Shown in pieces: positions 37,373 through 45,871 of a stretch of 64,000 bases of DNA. The notes beneath the pieces are model-generated. The model was not told the origin of the DNA. It saw only the letters and a list, made by a program, of their open reading frames with translations, and made no database searches. A program made the translations under genes and the position numbers. Numbering within the stretch: position 1 is the stretch's first letter; every line of letters begins with the position of its first letter. The stretch lies in NCBI GenBank assembly GCA_964574655.1, contig CAZNOH010000001.1, positions 137,852-201,851 of the forward strand, given 5' to 3'. Origin of the DNA: an uncultured Candidatus Saccharibacteria bacterium. GTDB lineage: Bacteria > Patescibacteriota > JABMPQ01 > JAQVVF01.

Positions 37373-38019
37373 AAAAAGATAAATTAGTAATATTAGACTT
37401 TGATCATACAATATTCAATACTGAGCTCTTCAAGAGGTATTTGAAGACTATTTTTATGCGTTATAATGTTTCTTCTGAAAGATATGAACAAACTTATAAT
37501 TATATTAAAAAAAAATTAAAGAGGCCTTATGATCCGGCTCTGCATTTGAGACTTTTGGAAGGCGAAATAACGGATATACAGAGCCTAATGACCGAAGTGA
37601 ATGGTCTTGTTTCTAATTCAAAAACTTATTTATATGATGATGTTATTTCTTTTTTGGAAAGTATCAAAGACGAAAGTGAATTATTTTTAGTTTCTTTAGG
37701 AACAAAAAGATTTCAGGAGGCAAAGATTAATAGTTGCCAGATAAATGGTTTTTTTTCAAAAATTATTGTAACTGAAGGAGATGGCAGTTTTATGAAAGAT
37801 GTTTTGAAAGATGTAATTAATGAGCATCGAGATAAAAAAATTGCAATCATAGAAGATGTGCCTGACAATATCGATTACATAAAACGAGGTTTTCCGTATA
37901 TTGTAGCTATCAAGATTGAGAGGCCAGGAGGCAAGTATTCGGAAGAAAAAGCAGAATTAAATAATTTTACGGTAAAAGGTCTTTATCAAGCAACGAATAT
38001 TGTAAAATGTATATTATAA
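37366..38019 (+). CDS. HAD-superfamily hydrolase
   Basis: ILDFDHTIFNT motif I, IIED motif IV. Confidence 0.8.
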   Translation: MLKKDKLVILDFDHTIFNTELFKRYLKTIFMRYNVSSERYEQTYNYIKKKLKRPYDPALHLRLLEGEITDIQSLMTEVNGLVSNSKTYLYDDVISFLESIKDESELFLVSLGTKRFQEAKINSCQINGFFSKIIVTEGDGSFMKDVLKDVINEHRDKKIAIIEDVPDNIDYIKRGFPYIVAIKIERPGGKYSEEKAELNNFTVKGLYQATNIVKCIL

Positions 38020-38044
38020 ATAACCACCAAAGGAGGAAGAAAAG

Positions 38045-38608
38045 ATGGCAGTATTAAAAGTTATTATTGAGGGATGCAACCAATCTGGAAAATCGAGCGT
38101 TGTCCAGGAATTAGAAAAAATGTATACGGAATCTATTGTTACAGTTATTCATGGTTATTATCATCCTGCTGTTGTCGAACATTTTGGATCAGATCTTAAA
38201 GCTATGGCAGAATATGGACGAAAGAGGCTTTTTTCTTTTTTGCCAGTATTCAGAGATGTAAAGTTTGAAGAAGTGCTGTTTTTGCGCCTTCATCTGACTG
38301 ATATGGTTTACTTAAAACTATTTCATGAAGTTGAGGCTGATTATCCTGATTTGGAAAAAGACCTTGATGAACAAGGAGTTGCTTTAGTGCTATTGGATTT
38401 GAATGATGAAGAGCTAGAAAAGAGAATGTCAAAGAGATTAGCAGAAGGAAAAACCGGAAGCTGGGACAAAGATATGGAAAGCGTAAAGAGCAAGAGGGAT
38501 GCTTATCGCTGGGCTTTTGAAAAAAGCAGAATGAAAAGGAAATTGTTACTTGATACATCTGGCAAATCTGCAGAACAGAATGCACAAGCCATCCTTGAAT
38601 GGTTTTGA
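38045..38608 (+). CDS. Thymidylate-kinase-like P-loop kinase
   Basis: IIEGCNQSGKSS, R.HLTDMVY, LLLDTS; strong AAGGAGG SD. Confidence 0.7.
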   Translation: MAVLKVIIEGCNQSGKSSVVQELEKMYTESIVTVIHGYYHPAVVEHFGSDLKAMAEYGRKRLFSFLPVFRDVKFEEVLFLRLHLTDMVYLKLFHEVEADYPDLEKDLDEQGVALVLLDLNDEELEKRMSKRLAEGKTGSWDKDMESVKSKRDAYRWAFEKSRMKRKLLLDTSGKSAEQNAQAILEWF

Positions 38609-38662
38609 ACTTTGAGTTAGAATTAAAGTGAACTAGTTTCACTTTTTATTTTATCTAAATTT

Positions 38663-39394
38663 ATGAAAAATACTATTTCTGTAATTTTGGCAGCAGGAAA
38701 AGGGACGAGATTAAATTGCATTGATATGCCAAAAGTAATGTTAAAAATTGGCGATAAGCCAATGATTGAATATTCTGTTAAAACAATGGAAGATTTTGGC
38801 GTGAAAAAAATTATTGTGGTGACAGGTTTTAAAGGAGAATTGATCAAAAATTATTTAAAAAATAGAGTAGAATATGTTGATCAAAAACAGCAATTGGGAA
38901 CTGGCCATGCTGTAAAAGTGGCTAAAGATTTGATTAAAGAATTTGATGGTTATGTTTTGATTACTTATGGTGATATGCCTTTTTTAATAAAAGAAATGTT
39001 TTCTTCTTTGATTAATAAATGCGAACAAAATAATTTAGACGGTTGTATCTTGACGGTTGACATTAAAAAAAATCCGCCTGAATGGGGACGGATAATTAGA
39101 GATGAAAATATGAACGTTTTAAAGATTGTTGAACAGAAGGATGCAACAGAAGAACAATTGAAGATTACTGAAATGAATACAGGAGTTTATTGTTTTAAAG
39201 CAAAAGCTTTGTTAGATAATTTAGATTTAATTACGAATAAAAATGTTCAGCATGAATATTATCTGACTGATCTAGTTGAAATTATGAATAAAAAAGGATT
39301 AAAATTAGATACTGTTATCACAACTGATTTGGAAAATGTTCTTGGAATAAATAGGCCAGAAGAATTGGAAAAAGCAAAACAAATGATTAAATAA
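38663..39394 (+). CDS. GlmU-like nucleotidyltransferase (uridyltransferase domain only)
   Basis: ILAAGKGTRL..PK, QLGTGHAV, EQKDA, EYYLTD, GIN; no left-handed beta-helix acetyltransferase domain. Confidence 0.85.
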   Translation: MKNTISVILAAGKGTRLNCIDMPKVMLKIGDKPMIEYSVKTMEDFGVKKIIVVTGFKGELIKNYLKNRVEYVDQKQQLGTGHAVKVAKDLIKEFDGYVLITYGDMPFLIKEMFSSLINKCEQNNLDGCILTVDIKKNPPEWGRIIRDENMNVLKIVEQKDATEEQLKITEMNTGVYCFKAKALLDNLDLITNKNVQHEYYLTDLVEIMNKKGLKLDTVITTDLENVLGINRPEELEKAKQMIK

Positions 39395-39444
39395 ATTTTG
39401 AATTTTAAAAACAGCCCTCCGAAACGCTGTTTTTTTATAAGCGA

Positions 39445-39609
39445 TTATTTTTTACCACAAAGCTTACAGCATTTGTAGCCTTTTTTTTGTGCAATCTTGC
39501 AGGATGAAAAATTCTCGCGGTTGCTTTTCTTGATGTTCTTCAAGGAACCGCATCCTGATACGTGGCACATTTTTGTTTCTTTGTTGCCAACAAATTTTGC
39601 TTTTGCCAT
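39445..39609 (-). CDS. Stand-alone Ada-type metal-binding domain protein (54 aa)
   Basis: Hand translation MAKAKFVGNKETKMCHVSGCGSLKNIKKSNRENFSSCKIAQKKGYKCCKLCGKK fits the FVG..H..C...GY.(P)C..C pattern. Confidence 0.7.
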   Translation of the reverse strand: MAKAKFVGNKETKMCHVSGCGSLKNIKKSNRENFSSCKIAQKKGYKCCKLCGKK

Positions 39610-39730
39610 TTATTTTGGATTATTTATTAATCTTAATTATATTCTAGCAAGATAATAAAACTTTGCAATAAATTTTGGCTATGATAAGATAAATTAACGA
39701 ATTGCTTCATTGTTCAATTGCTAAATTGTT

Positions 39731-40315
39731 ATGAAAATAATAAAGCTAGAAGAAATAAAAATTGAAGAAATTATAAAATATTTGAAAGATGATAAGGTTA
39801 TTGTTGCGCCAACAGAAACTGCATATGGAATGCTGGCTAATGCTTTGAGTTTCGATGCTGTTAAAAAAGTTTTTGAGATCAAACAGCGTGATGTCAGTAA
39901 AGAGTTATCTGTTTTTATGAAAGATTTGGAAATGGCAAAAGAATATGTTGAAATTAATAGTAGTGTAATAGAATTAGCAAAAAAATATTTGCCTGGACCA
40001 TTAACTTTAGTTCTAAAAATTAATAAAAGCATTCCTTATGTAAAAAATACATTAGGAATTAGAATCTCAAGCTATGATCTAATAAAAAAGATAATGGAAA
40101 AAGCAGATTTTCTAGTAACTTCAACGAGTGCAAATTTGGCAGGCGAGAAAACTTGTTATTCTGTTGAAGACATTAAGAAACAGTTTGAAAATAGAGAAAA
40201 TCAGCCTGATTTAGTTATTGATGGCGGAAATCTTGCTAAGGGACATATTTCGACGGTTGTCGATTTAACTGAGAATAAAATTAAAGTGTTGAGACAAGGT
40301 GATATTAAAATTTAA
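39731..40315 (+). CDS. tsaC: L-threonylcarbamoyladenylate synthase
   Basis: PTETAYG, IKQR, PGPLTLVL, STSAN, STVVD. Confidence 0.92.
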   Translation: MKIIKLEEIKIEEIIKYLKDDKVIVAPTETAYGMLANALSFDAVKKVFEIKQRDVSKELSVFMKDLEMAKEYVEINSSVIELAKKYLPGPLTLVLKINKSIPYVKNTLGIRISSYDLIKKIMEKADFLVTSTSANLAGEKTCYSVEDIKKQFENRENQPDLVIDGGNLAKGHISTVVDLTENKIKVLRQGDIKI

Positions 40316-40324
40316 GAATTTTTT

Positions 40325-41560
40325 ATGCTAGAAAAAAGTGATTCAAAGATTTATAAATTAATACAACAAGAAGAAAAAAGACAAGCTGAAAGTATTAGAC
40401 TAATCCCTTCTGAAAATTATGTTTCTAAGGCAGTTTTAGAAGCAACTGGCTCTATTTTGACGAATAAGTATTCTGAAGGCTATTCTAGAAAAAGATATTA
40501 TGAAGGACAAGAGTTTATTGATCAAATTGAAGAGGAAGCAATTGACCGAGCAAAAAAGTTGTTCAGGGCAGATCATGTTAATGTTCAGCCATATTCTGGA
40601 TCTCCAGCAAATTTAGCAGTCTATTTTGCATTATTAAAACCAGGTGAAAAGATTATGGGAATGAGTTTACCGCATGGCGGACATTTGACTCATGGCTGGA
40701 AAGTTTCAGCAACGGCTAAGTTTTTCAATGCAGTTCAGTATACTGTTGATGAGAAAACAAAGCTTTTAGATTATGATGCAATTTTGGCACAAGCCAAAAA
40801 GGAAAAACCGCAAATCATTGTTGCTGGTGCAACTGCTTATCCTCGTAAAATTGATTTTAGAAAGTTCAAAGAGATTGCTGATTCAGTCAATGCTTTATTT
40901 TTGGCTGATATTGCCCATATTTCAGGATTAGTTGTTGCTGGTTTACATCAAAGTCCAATTTTATATGCTGATGTTGTAACAACTACTACTCATAAATCTT
41001 TACGAGGACCAAGAGGGGCAATGATTATGTGCAAAGAGAAATATGCAAAATTAATTGATAAGGCTGTGTTTCCTGGTCTTCAAGGCGGACCGCATGATAA
41101 TACAACAGCGGCAATTGCGGTTGCGTTGAAAGAAGCTGATACTTCAAAATTCAAAAATTATGCTAAACAGATCATCAAGAATGCCCAAGTTTTGGCAAAA
41201 GAATTATCAAGTTATAATTTTGATTTAGTAACTGGCGGAACAGATAATCATTTAATTTTGATTGATATGACTAATAAAAAAATATCTGGTAAGCAAATGT
41301 CAGCTGCTTTAATTAAGGCTGGAATTGAGTGTAATGCTAATACAGTGCCTTATGACAAGCGCTCGCCTTTTGATCCATCTGGAATTAGAATCGGAACTCC
41401 GGCTGTAACTTCATTAGGAATGAAAGAAAAAGAAATGAAACAAATTGCTGCTTGGATGAATAAGGTTAGCGAAAATATTGATAATGAAACAGTTTTGAAG
41501 AAAATTAAGTATGAAGTTAAAAAGTTGTGTGGTAAATTTGAGATGCCAGGATTGAAATAG
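40325..41560 (+). CDS. glyA: Serine hydroxymethyltransferase
   Basis: LIPSEN, NKYSEGY, GGHLTHG, TTTTHKSLRGPRG. Confidence 0.98.
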   Translation: MLEKSDSKIYKLIQQEEKRQAESIRLIPSENYVSKAVLEATGSILTNKYSEGYSRKRYYEGQEFIDQIEEEAIDRAKKLFRADHVNVQPYSGSPANLAVYFALLKPGEKIMGMSLPHGGHLTHGWKVSATAKFFNAVQYTVDEKTKLLDYDAILAQAKKEKPQIIVAGATAYPRKIDFRKFKEIADSVNALFLADIAHISGLVVAGLHQSPILYADVVTTTTHKSLRGPRGAMIMCKEKYAKLIDKAVFPGLQGGPHDNTTAAIAVALKEADTSKFKNYAKQIIKNAQVLAKELSSYNFDLVTGGTDNHLILIDMTNKKISGKQMSAALIKAGIECNANTVPYDKRSPFDPSGIRIGTPAVTSLGMKEKEMKQIAAWMNKVSENIDNETVLKKIKYEVKKLCGKFEMPGLK

Positions 41561-41589
41561 ATATTCGGAAATTAAGATATTAAATATTA

Positions 41590-41619
41590 TCCACCTTCGC
41601 TAAAGCTTCGGTGGACAAA
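41590..41619 (+). repeat. Family-A element
   Basis: tccaccttcgctaaagcttcggtggacaaa; first 29 nt identical to 5274-5302. Confidence 0.85.
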
Positions 41620-41672
41620 GAAAAACGGCTCGATGAGTCGTTTTGTTATTTTAGATTTAAGTTAGAATATAA

Positions 41673-41733
41673 TGCCGAAGGAGGGAGTCGCCCTGCCATG
41701 AAGGCAGGGTTGCTCATTTCGTTCGCAAAACCT
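41673..41733 (-). pseudogene. tRNA 3' fragment interrupted by two palindromes
   Basis: tgccgaaggagggagtcg[ccctgccatgaaggcaggg][ttgctcatttcgttcgcaa]aacct resembles the adjacent tRNA end tgccgcgggagggagttgaaccc. Confidence 0.6.
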
Positions 41734-41747
41734 AATTTTTTTGATCA

Positions 41748-41830
41748 TGCCGCGGGAGGGAGTTGAACCCTCATGAGCCGAAGCTCACACGATTTTGAGT
41801 CGTGATTGTATGCCATTCCAACACCGCGGC
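41748..41830 (-). tRNA. tRNA-Leu(CAA), CCA not encoded
   Basis: Minus strand GCCGCGG...CACGA-CTCAAAA-TCGTG, long variable arm TGAGC-TTCG-GCTCA, GAGGG-TTCAACT-CCCTC, CCGCGGC-A. Confidence 0.95.
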
Positions 41831-41905
41831 TTACTTTAAGTCAATTTTAGCTTGATTTTACGTTGTTGTCAATTTGAATTAAATATAGTATGATAAAATA
41901 AAAGT

Positions 41906-42718
41906 ATGCCAAATATAATATCAATTGTAAATCAAAAAGGCGGAACAGGAAAAACAACCACAACAATAAATTTTGCGGCGGCTTTGGCTGAATTAGGAAA
42001 AAAAGTACTAATTGTTGACTTTGATCCACAAGGGAATGCAAGTTCAGGAGTTGGAGTTTTGGTAAATGAGGAAACAAAGGGAATCTATGAAGTGTTGACT
42101 GATAAAGCAGAAATTCAGGATGTGATTATGGAATCAGTAGTAAAAAATCTTTTTGTTTTGCCAACTAACCAATCTTTAGCTGGAGCAACAATTGAATTAG
42201 TTAATATGGAAGATAGAGAATACAGATTAAAAAAAGCTTTAGAAAAACTAGATGATTTTGATTTTGTATTGATTGATTGTCCGCCTTCTTTAGGTTTGTT
42301 AACTATTAACAGCTTGGTTGCTTCTAATTATGTTTTAATTCCAGTACAATGTGAATATTATGCTTTGGAGGGTTTAGGGCAATTGCTAAAGACAATCCAA
42401 TTAATAAAAGACAATTTACAGCCTAATTTGGAAATATTAGGAGTATTATTAACAATGCATGATCGGAGAATTAACTTGTCTGAAGAGGTTGTATCTGAAG
42501 TTAGAACAAAATTTCCATTCAGAGTATTTGAATCAATTATACCTCGCAATGTTAGATTGGCTGAAGCTCCAAGTTTTGGAAAATCAATTTTACAATACGC
42601 TTCTTGGTCAAAAGGTGCTCGAGCTTATCGAAGTTTAGGCAAAGAAGCATTGGACGTTATTAATAAAATAAATTTAGAAAATTCACAACAAAAAGTAAAA
42701 ACTATTTATGCTAAATAA
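41906..42718 (+). CDS. parA: Chromosome partitioning ATPase ParA/Soj
   Basis: NQKGGTGKTTT, DFDPQGNAS, IDCPPSLG, PVQCEYYALEG, IPRNVRLAEAPS. Confidence 0.95.
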   Translation: MPNIISIVNQKGGTGKTTTTINFAAALAELGKKVLIVDFDPQGNASSGVGVLVNEETKGIYEVLTDKAEIQDVIMESVVKNLFVLPTNQSLAGATIELVNMEDREYRLKKALEKLDDFDFVLIDCPPSLGLLTINSLVASNYVLIPVQCEYYALEGLGQLLKTIQLIKDNLQPNLEILGVLLTMHDRRINLSEEVVSEVRTKFPFRVFESIIPRNVRLAEAPSFGKSILQYASWSKGARAYRSLGKEALDVINKINLENSQQKVKTIYAK

Positions 42719-43628
42719 GAGTTTGGGTAGAGGATTGGAATCATTAATTCCATTAAAAAAAAATCAATTTATAAAGAGCAATCAAAAAAAAGATGCTAGC
42801 GAGAAAACAAGCGAACGCTTGAAAAAGTTTTCTCCAGCAATGAGCGAGTCTGTTTTATTGGTTGATACAAAATTTATTGAGCCAAATCCGCATCAGCCGA
42901 GAAAAGATTTTGACCAACATCAATTAAAAGATTTGGCGGATTCTATAAAAATTCATGGAATTTTACAGCCTTTGATTGCAACAAAAGTTTTTGATAATCA
43001 ATATCAGCTTTTAGCAGGAGAGCGAAGGTTGCAAGCCTCAAAAATAGCTGGTTTGAAAAAAGTTCCGGTGATTGTTAGAGAAGTTACTGAGCAACAAAAA
43101 TTAGAGTTGGCTTTAGTTGAAAATGTTCAAAGGCAGGACTTGAATCCGATGGAAGAGGCTTTAGCATATAGCAGCTTGATTGATGAATTTAATTTGAAAC
43201 AAGAAGAAGTAGCAAAAAAAGTTGCCAAAAGCCGTGTTTTTGTGACTAATACTTTGAGATTGTTGACTTTGCCAGAAGAAATTCAAAAAGCAATTTTTGA
43301 TAAAAGAATTAGTTTTGGTCACGCAAAAGCGATTTTGGGTTTAAAAAGCGAAGAAGAACAATTGAAATTGTTTAAGAGTATTTTGTTAAATAATCTATCA
43401 GTTCGAGCTTCGGAAAGTGGAGCAAAGAATGTAAAGGTAAAAAAGCATTTGAGATCTTTTAATCAAAAAACTCCTCTAATACAAGATTATGAGGAGCGTT
43501 TAGCTCAATCTTTAGGTACAAAAGTAGAAATAAAGAAGACTGGAAAGTCTGGAAAAGTAATTGTTGATTTTTTTTCTGATGAAGAGTTGGGAAACATTAT
43601 GGAAGTAATTTCTGGCAAGAATTATTAG
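42708..43628 (+). CDS. parB: Chromosome partitioning protein ParB/Spo0J
   Basis: LGRGLESLI, NPHQPRK, AGERR, ENVQRQDL, HTH region. Confidence 0.95.
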   Translation: MLNKSLGRGLESLIPLKKNQFIKSNQKKDASEKTSERLKKFSPAMSESVLLVDTKFIEPNPHQPRKDFDQHQLKDLADSIKIHGILQPLIATKVFDNQYQLLAGERRLQASKIAGLKKVPVIVREVTEQQKLELALVENVQRQDLNPMEEALAYSSLIDEFNLKQEEVAKKVAKSRVFVTNTLRLLTLPEEIQKAIFDKRISFGHAKAILGLKSEEEQLKLFKSILLNNLSVRASESGAKNVKVKKHLRSFNQKTPLIQDYEERLAQSLGTKVEIKKTGKSGKVIVDFFSDEELGNIMEVISGKNY

Positions 43629-45775
43629 ACTCTGCGGACATCGATTATGCCTTCAATTTTTTGGATTTCATGCAAAACTTCGACAAATTGGTCGAGGTTT
43701 TTTATTTCTAAATGAAGACAAATAATAAAGGTATCTTTTTTGGGATTTTGCTTGGAATGAAAATGTTCAATGTTGATATTGTAATTAGACAAAAGCGTGG
43801 CAATGTCTTTGACCATGCCGATGCGATTCAAGCTTTCTACCTCAATTTTGGCATGGAAATTTTCTTTTATTTTTTGATCCCATTTGGCATCAACTATTCT
43901 TCCTTGTTCAGCCTTTATTAATTCTGGGCAATTATATTTATGAATACTAGCACCTTCAGATCTGGTAATGTGAGCTTTAATTTTGTCATTTATGTTTGGG
44001 CTGCAGCATTTGGCAATTTTGGTTAGAAATCCTCCGGTATTGGAAATTATTGCTCTTGGTTGCGGTTCTTTTTTGAAAAATATAAATTTTTTGTCATCTT
44101 TTTCTAGAATTTCTTTTTCTTCATAGACAGCTTTGATAATTTGATTTAAATTAATTTCTCCTTCACCCAGTGCTGTTAGTATACCATTTAAATCATGGTA
44201 GTTTAATTTTTGAAGTGCTTTTTCAATTTTGTTTTTTGGTATTGTTTCGATTGGTTTGTGTCCGAGTTGAGCAAGCTCATTGTTTAGAATTCTTTTCCCG
44301 TAGGCAATGTTTTTTTCTTTGTTGACTTGCTTAAACCATGTTTTTATTTTACTTTGGGCGATGCTTGTTTTTGCAAAAGTAAGCCAATCTCTTTTTGGTT
44401 TTGCAATTGAAGAAGCAATAATGTTTACTACGTCTCCGTTTTTAATTTTGTAATCTAACGGTGCGATATGGCCATTGATCCAAACTTCTTTGCAACGATG
44501 GCCGACTTCTGTATGAACTTGATATGCAAAATCAATTGGAGTTGCCCCTTCTGGCAGATCCAAAACATCACCTTTCGGGGTGAAAGCAAAAATTCTATCT
44601 TTAAAGATATCTATTTTTAGAGACTCGGCGAATTTTTCGGAACGATTTTTAATAGGTAATTCTTTTTGCCAATCAGTCAATTTTTTGATCCAAGCAATTT
44701 TTTCGGCTGGTAATTTTGCTGGATTTTTGGGTTTTCCAGATTCATCATATTGCCAATGGGCTGCAATTCCGCATTCAGCTTCTTCGTGCATCGTGGCGGT
44801 CCTGATTTGGATTTCAATGATTTCGCCATCAGGTCTGATAATTGTGGTGTGGATTGATTGATAGCCATTTGTTTTGGGAACGGCAATAAAATCTTTGATT
44901 CTGCCGAGTAAAGGTTTCCAATTTTGATGAATCATGCCTAGAACAGTGTAGCAAGTTGAAACATCTTTGACGAGGATGCGGAGTGCAACTAGATCATAAA
45001 TTTTGTTAATATTTTTGTCGTAGCGCAATAATTTCTTGTAGAGGCTGTAATAATGTTTTGCACGGCCATGGATGTTAACATAGTTAATATTTGAAGATTT
45101 AAGTTTTCTTTTTATATCAATAATAACTTTATCAATATATTTCTTTCTTTCTTCAATTCTCTTTTGAGTTAAACTTTTGACCCAATTATATTCGTTAGGC
45201 ATTAAAATTGGAAAGGCATAATCTTCTAGCTGGCCTTTTAGCTCTCCCATGCAAAGGCGGTTGGCTAAGGGGGCATATATGTCTAGTGTTTCGCGAGCTT
45301 TTTCCTGTCTTTTTTTTGGTTCTTTGTAATCAAGAGTAGCCATATTGTGATGGCGGTCGGCTAATTTAATTAAAACAACTCTGATATCTTGTGCCATGGC
45401 TAAAAACATCCTTCTGATATTTTCTGCAGAATAGCTTTTAATATTTTCTTGGTAGACAACTGCTTGTTTTAATTTTGTGACTCCGGAAACAAGCTTGGCA
45501 ACTTCATTGCCGAATTCTTTTTTAACATCTTCTAGTTTTATGCACGTATCTTCAACGGTGTCGTGAAGTAAAGCAGCGACAATAGTTGTTGCATCTAGGT
45601 TCATATCCATCAAAAAAAGAGCCACCTTAACAGGGTGGGTAATAAAAGGCTCTTTACTTTCTCGATATTGTCCAACATGACATTTATTGGCAAAAACATA
45701 AGCTCTCTTGATTAATTCAAGTTCTTTTTCTTGATATAGTTGTTTTGCTTTGTCGAAAAAAAGTTGAGTGTCCAT
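43625..45775 (-). CDS. rel: Long RelA/SpoT homolog (HD, synthetase, TGS, ACT domains)
   Basis: LLHDTVEDT, IKLADR.HN, YQSIHTT, EIQIRT, FTPKG..PIDFAY.VHT. Confidence 0.95.
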   Translation of the reverse strand: MDTQLFFDKAKQLYQEKELELIKRAYVFANKCHVGQYRESKEPFITHPVKVALFLMDMNLDATTIVAALLHDTVEDTCIKLEDVKKEFGNEVAKLVSGVTKLKQAVVYQENIKSYSAENIRRMFLAMAQDIRVVLIKLADRHHNMATLDYKEPKKRQEKARETLDIYAPLANRLCMGELKGQLEDYAFPILMPNEYNWVKSLTQKRIEERKKYIDKVIIDIKRKLKSSNINYVNIHGRAKHYYSLYKKLLRYDKNINKIYDLVALRILVKDVSTCYTVLGMIHQNWKPLLGRIKDFIAVPKTNGYQSIHTTIIRPDGEIIEIQIRTATMHEEAECGIAAHWQYDESGKPKNPAKLPAEKIAWIKKLTDWQKELPIKNRSEKFAESLKIDIFKDRIFAFTPKGDVLDLPEGATPIDFAYQVHTEVGHRCKEVWINGHIAPLDYKIKNGDVVNIIASSIAKPKRDWLTFAKTSIAQSKIKTWFKQVNKEKNIAYGKRILNNELAQLGHKPIETIPKNKIEKALQKLNYHDLNGILTALGEGEINLNQIIKAVYEEKEILEKDDKKFIFFKKEPQPRAIISNTGGFLTKIAKCCSPNINDKIKAHITRSEGASIHKYNCPELIKAEQGRIVDAKWDQKIKENFHAKIEVESLNRIGMVKDIATLLSNYNINIEHFHSKQNPKKDTFIICLHLEIKNLDQFVEVLHEIQKIEGIIDVRRV

Positions 45776-45843
45776 AAGCTATTATTTATAGCATAAAATT
45801 TAATAATCATCAAGTCAAATAGTATTTAGTGAGGTAAAAGTAA

Positions 45844-45863
45844 AACCCCGCAAATGCGGGGTT
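45844..45863 (-). terminator. Hairpin terminator after topA
   Basis: aaccccgc-aaat-gcggggtt with flanking A/T runs. Confidence 0.65.
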
Positions 45864-45871
45864 AAAAATTA

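Noticed and set aside
41906-43628. Plasmid or prophage partition system
   Set aside because: Soj/Spo0J-type sequences sit among core chromosomal genes, with no replication or phage genes; no parS palindrome was spotted.
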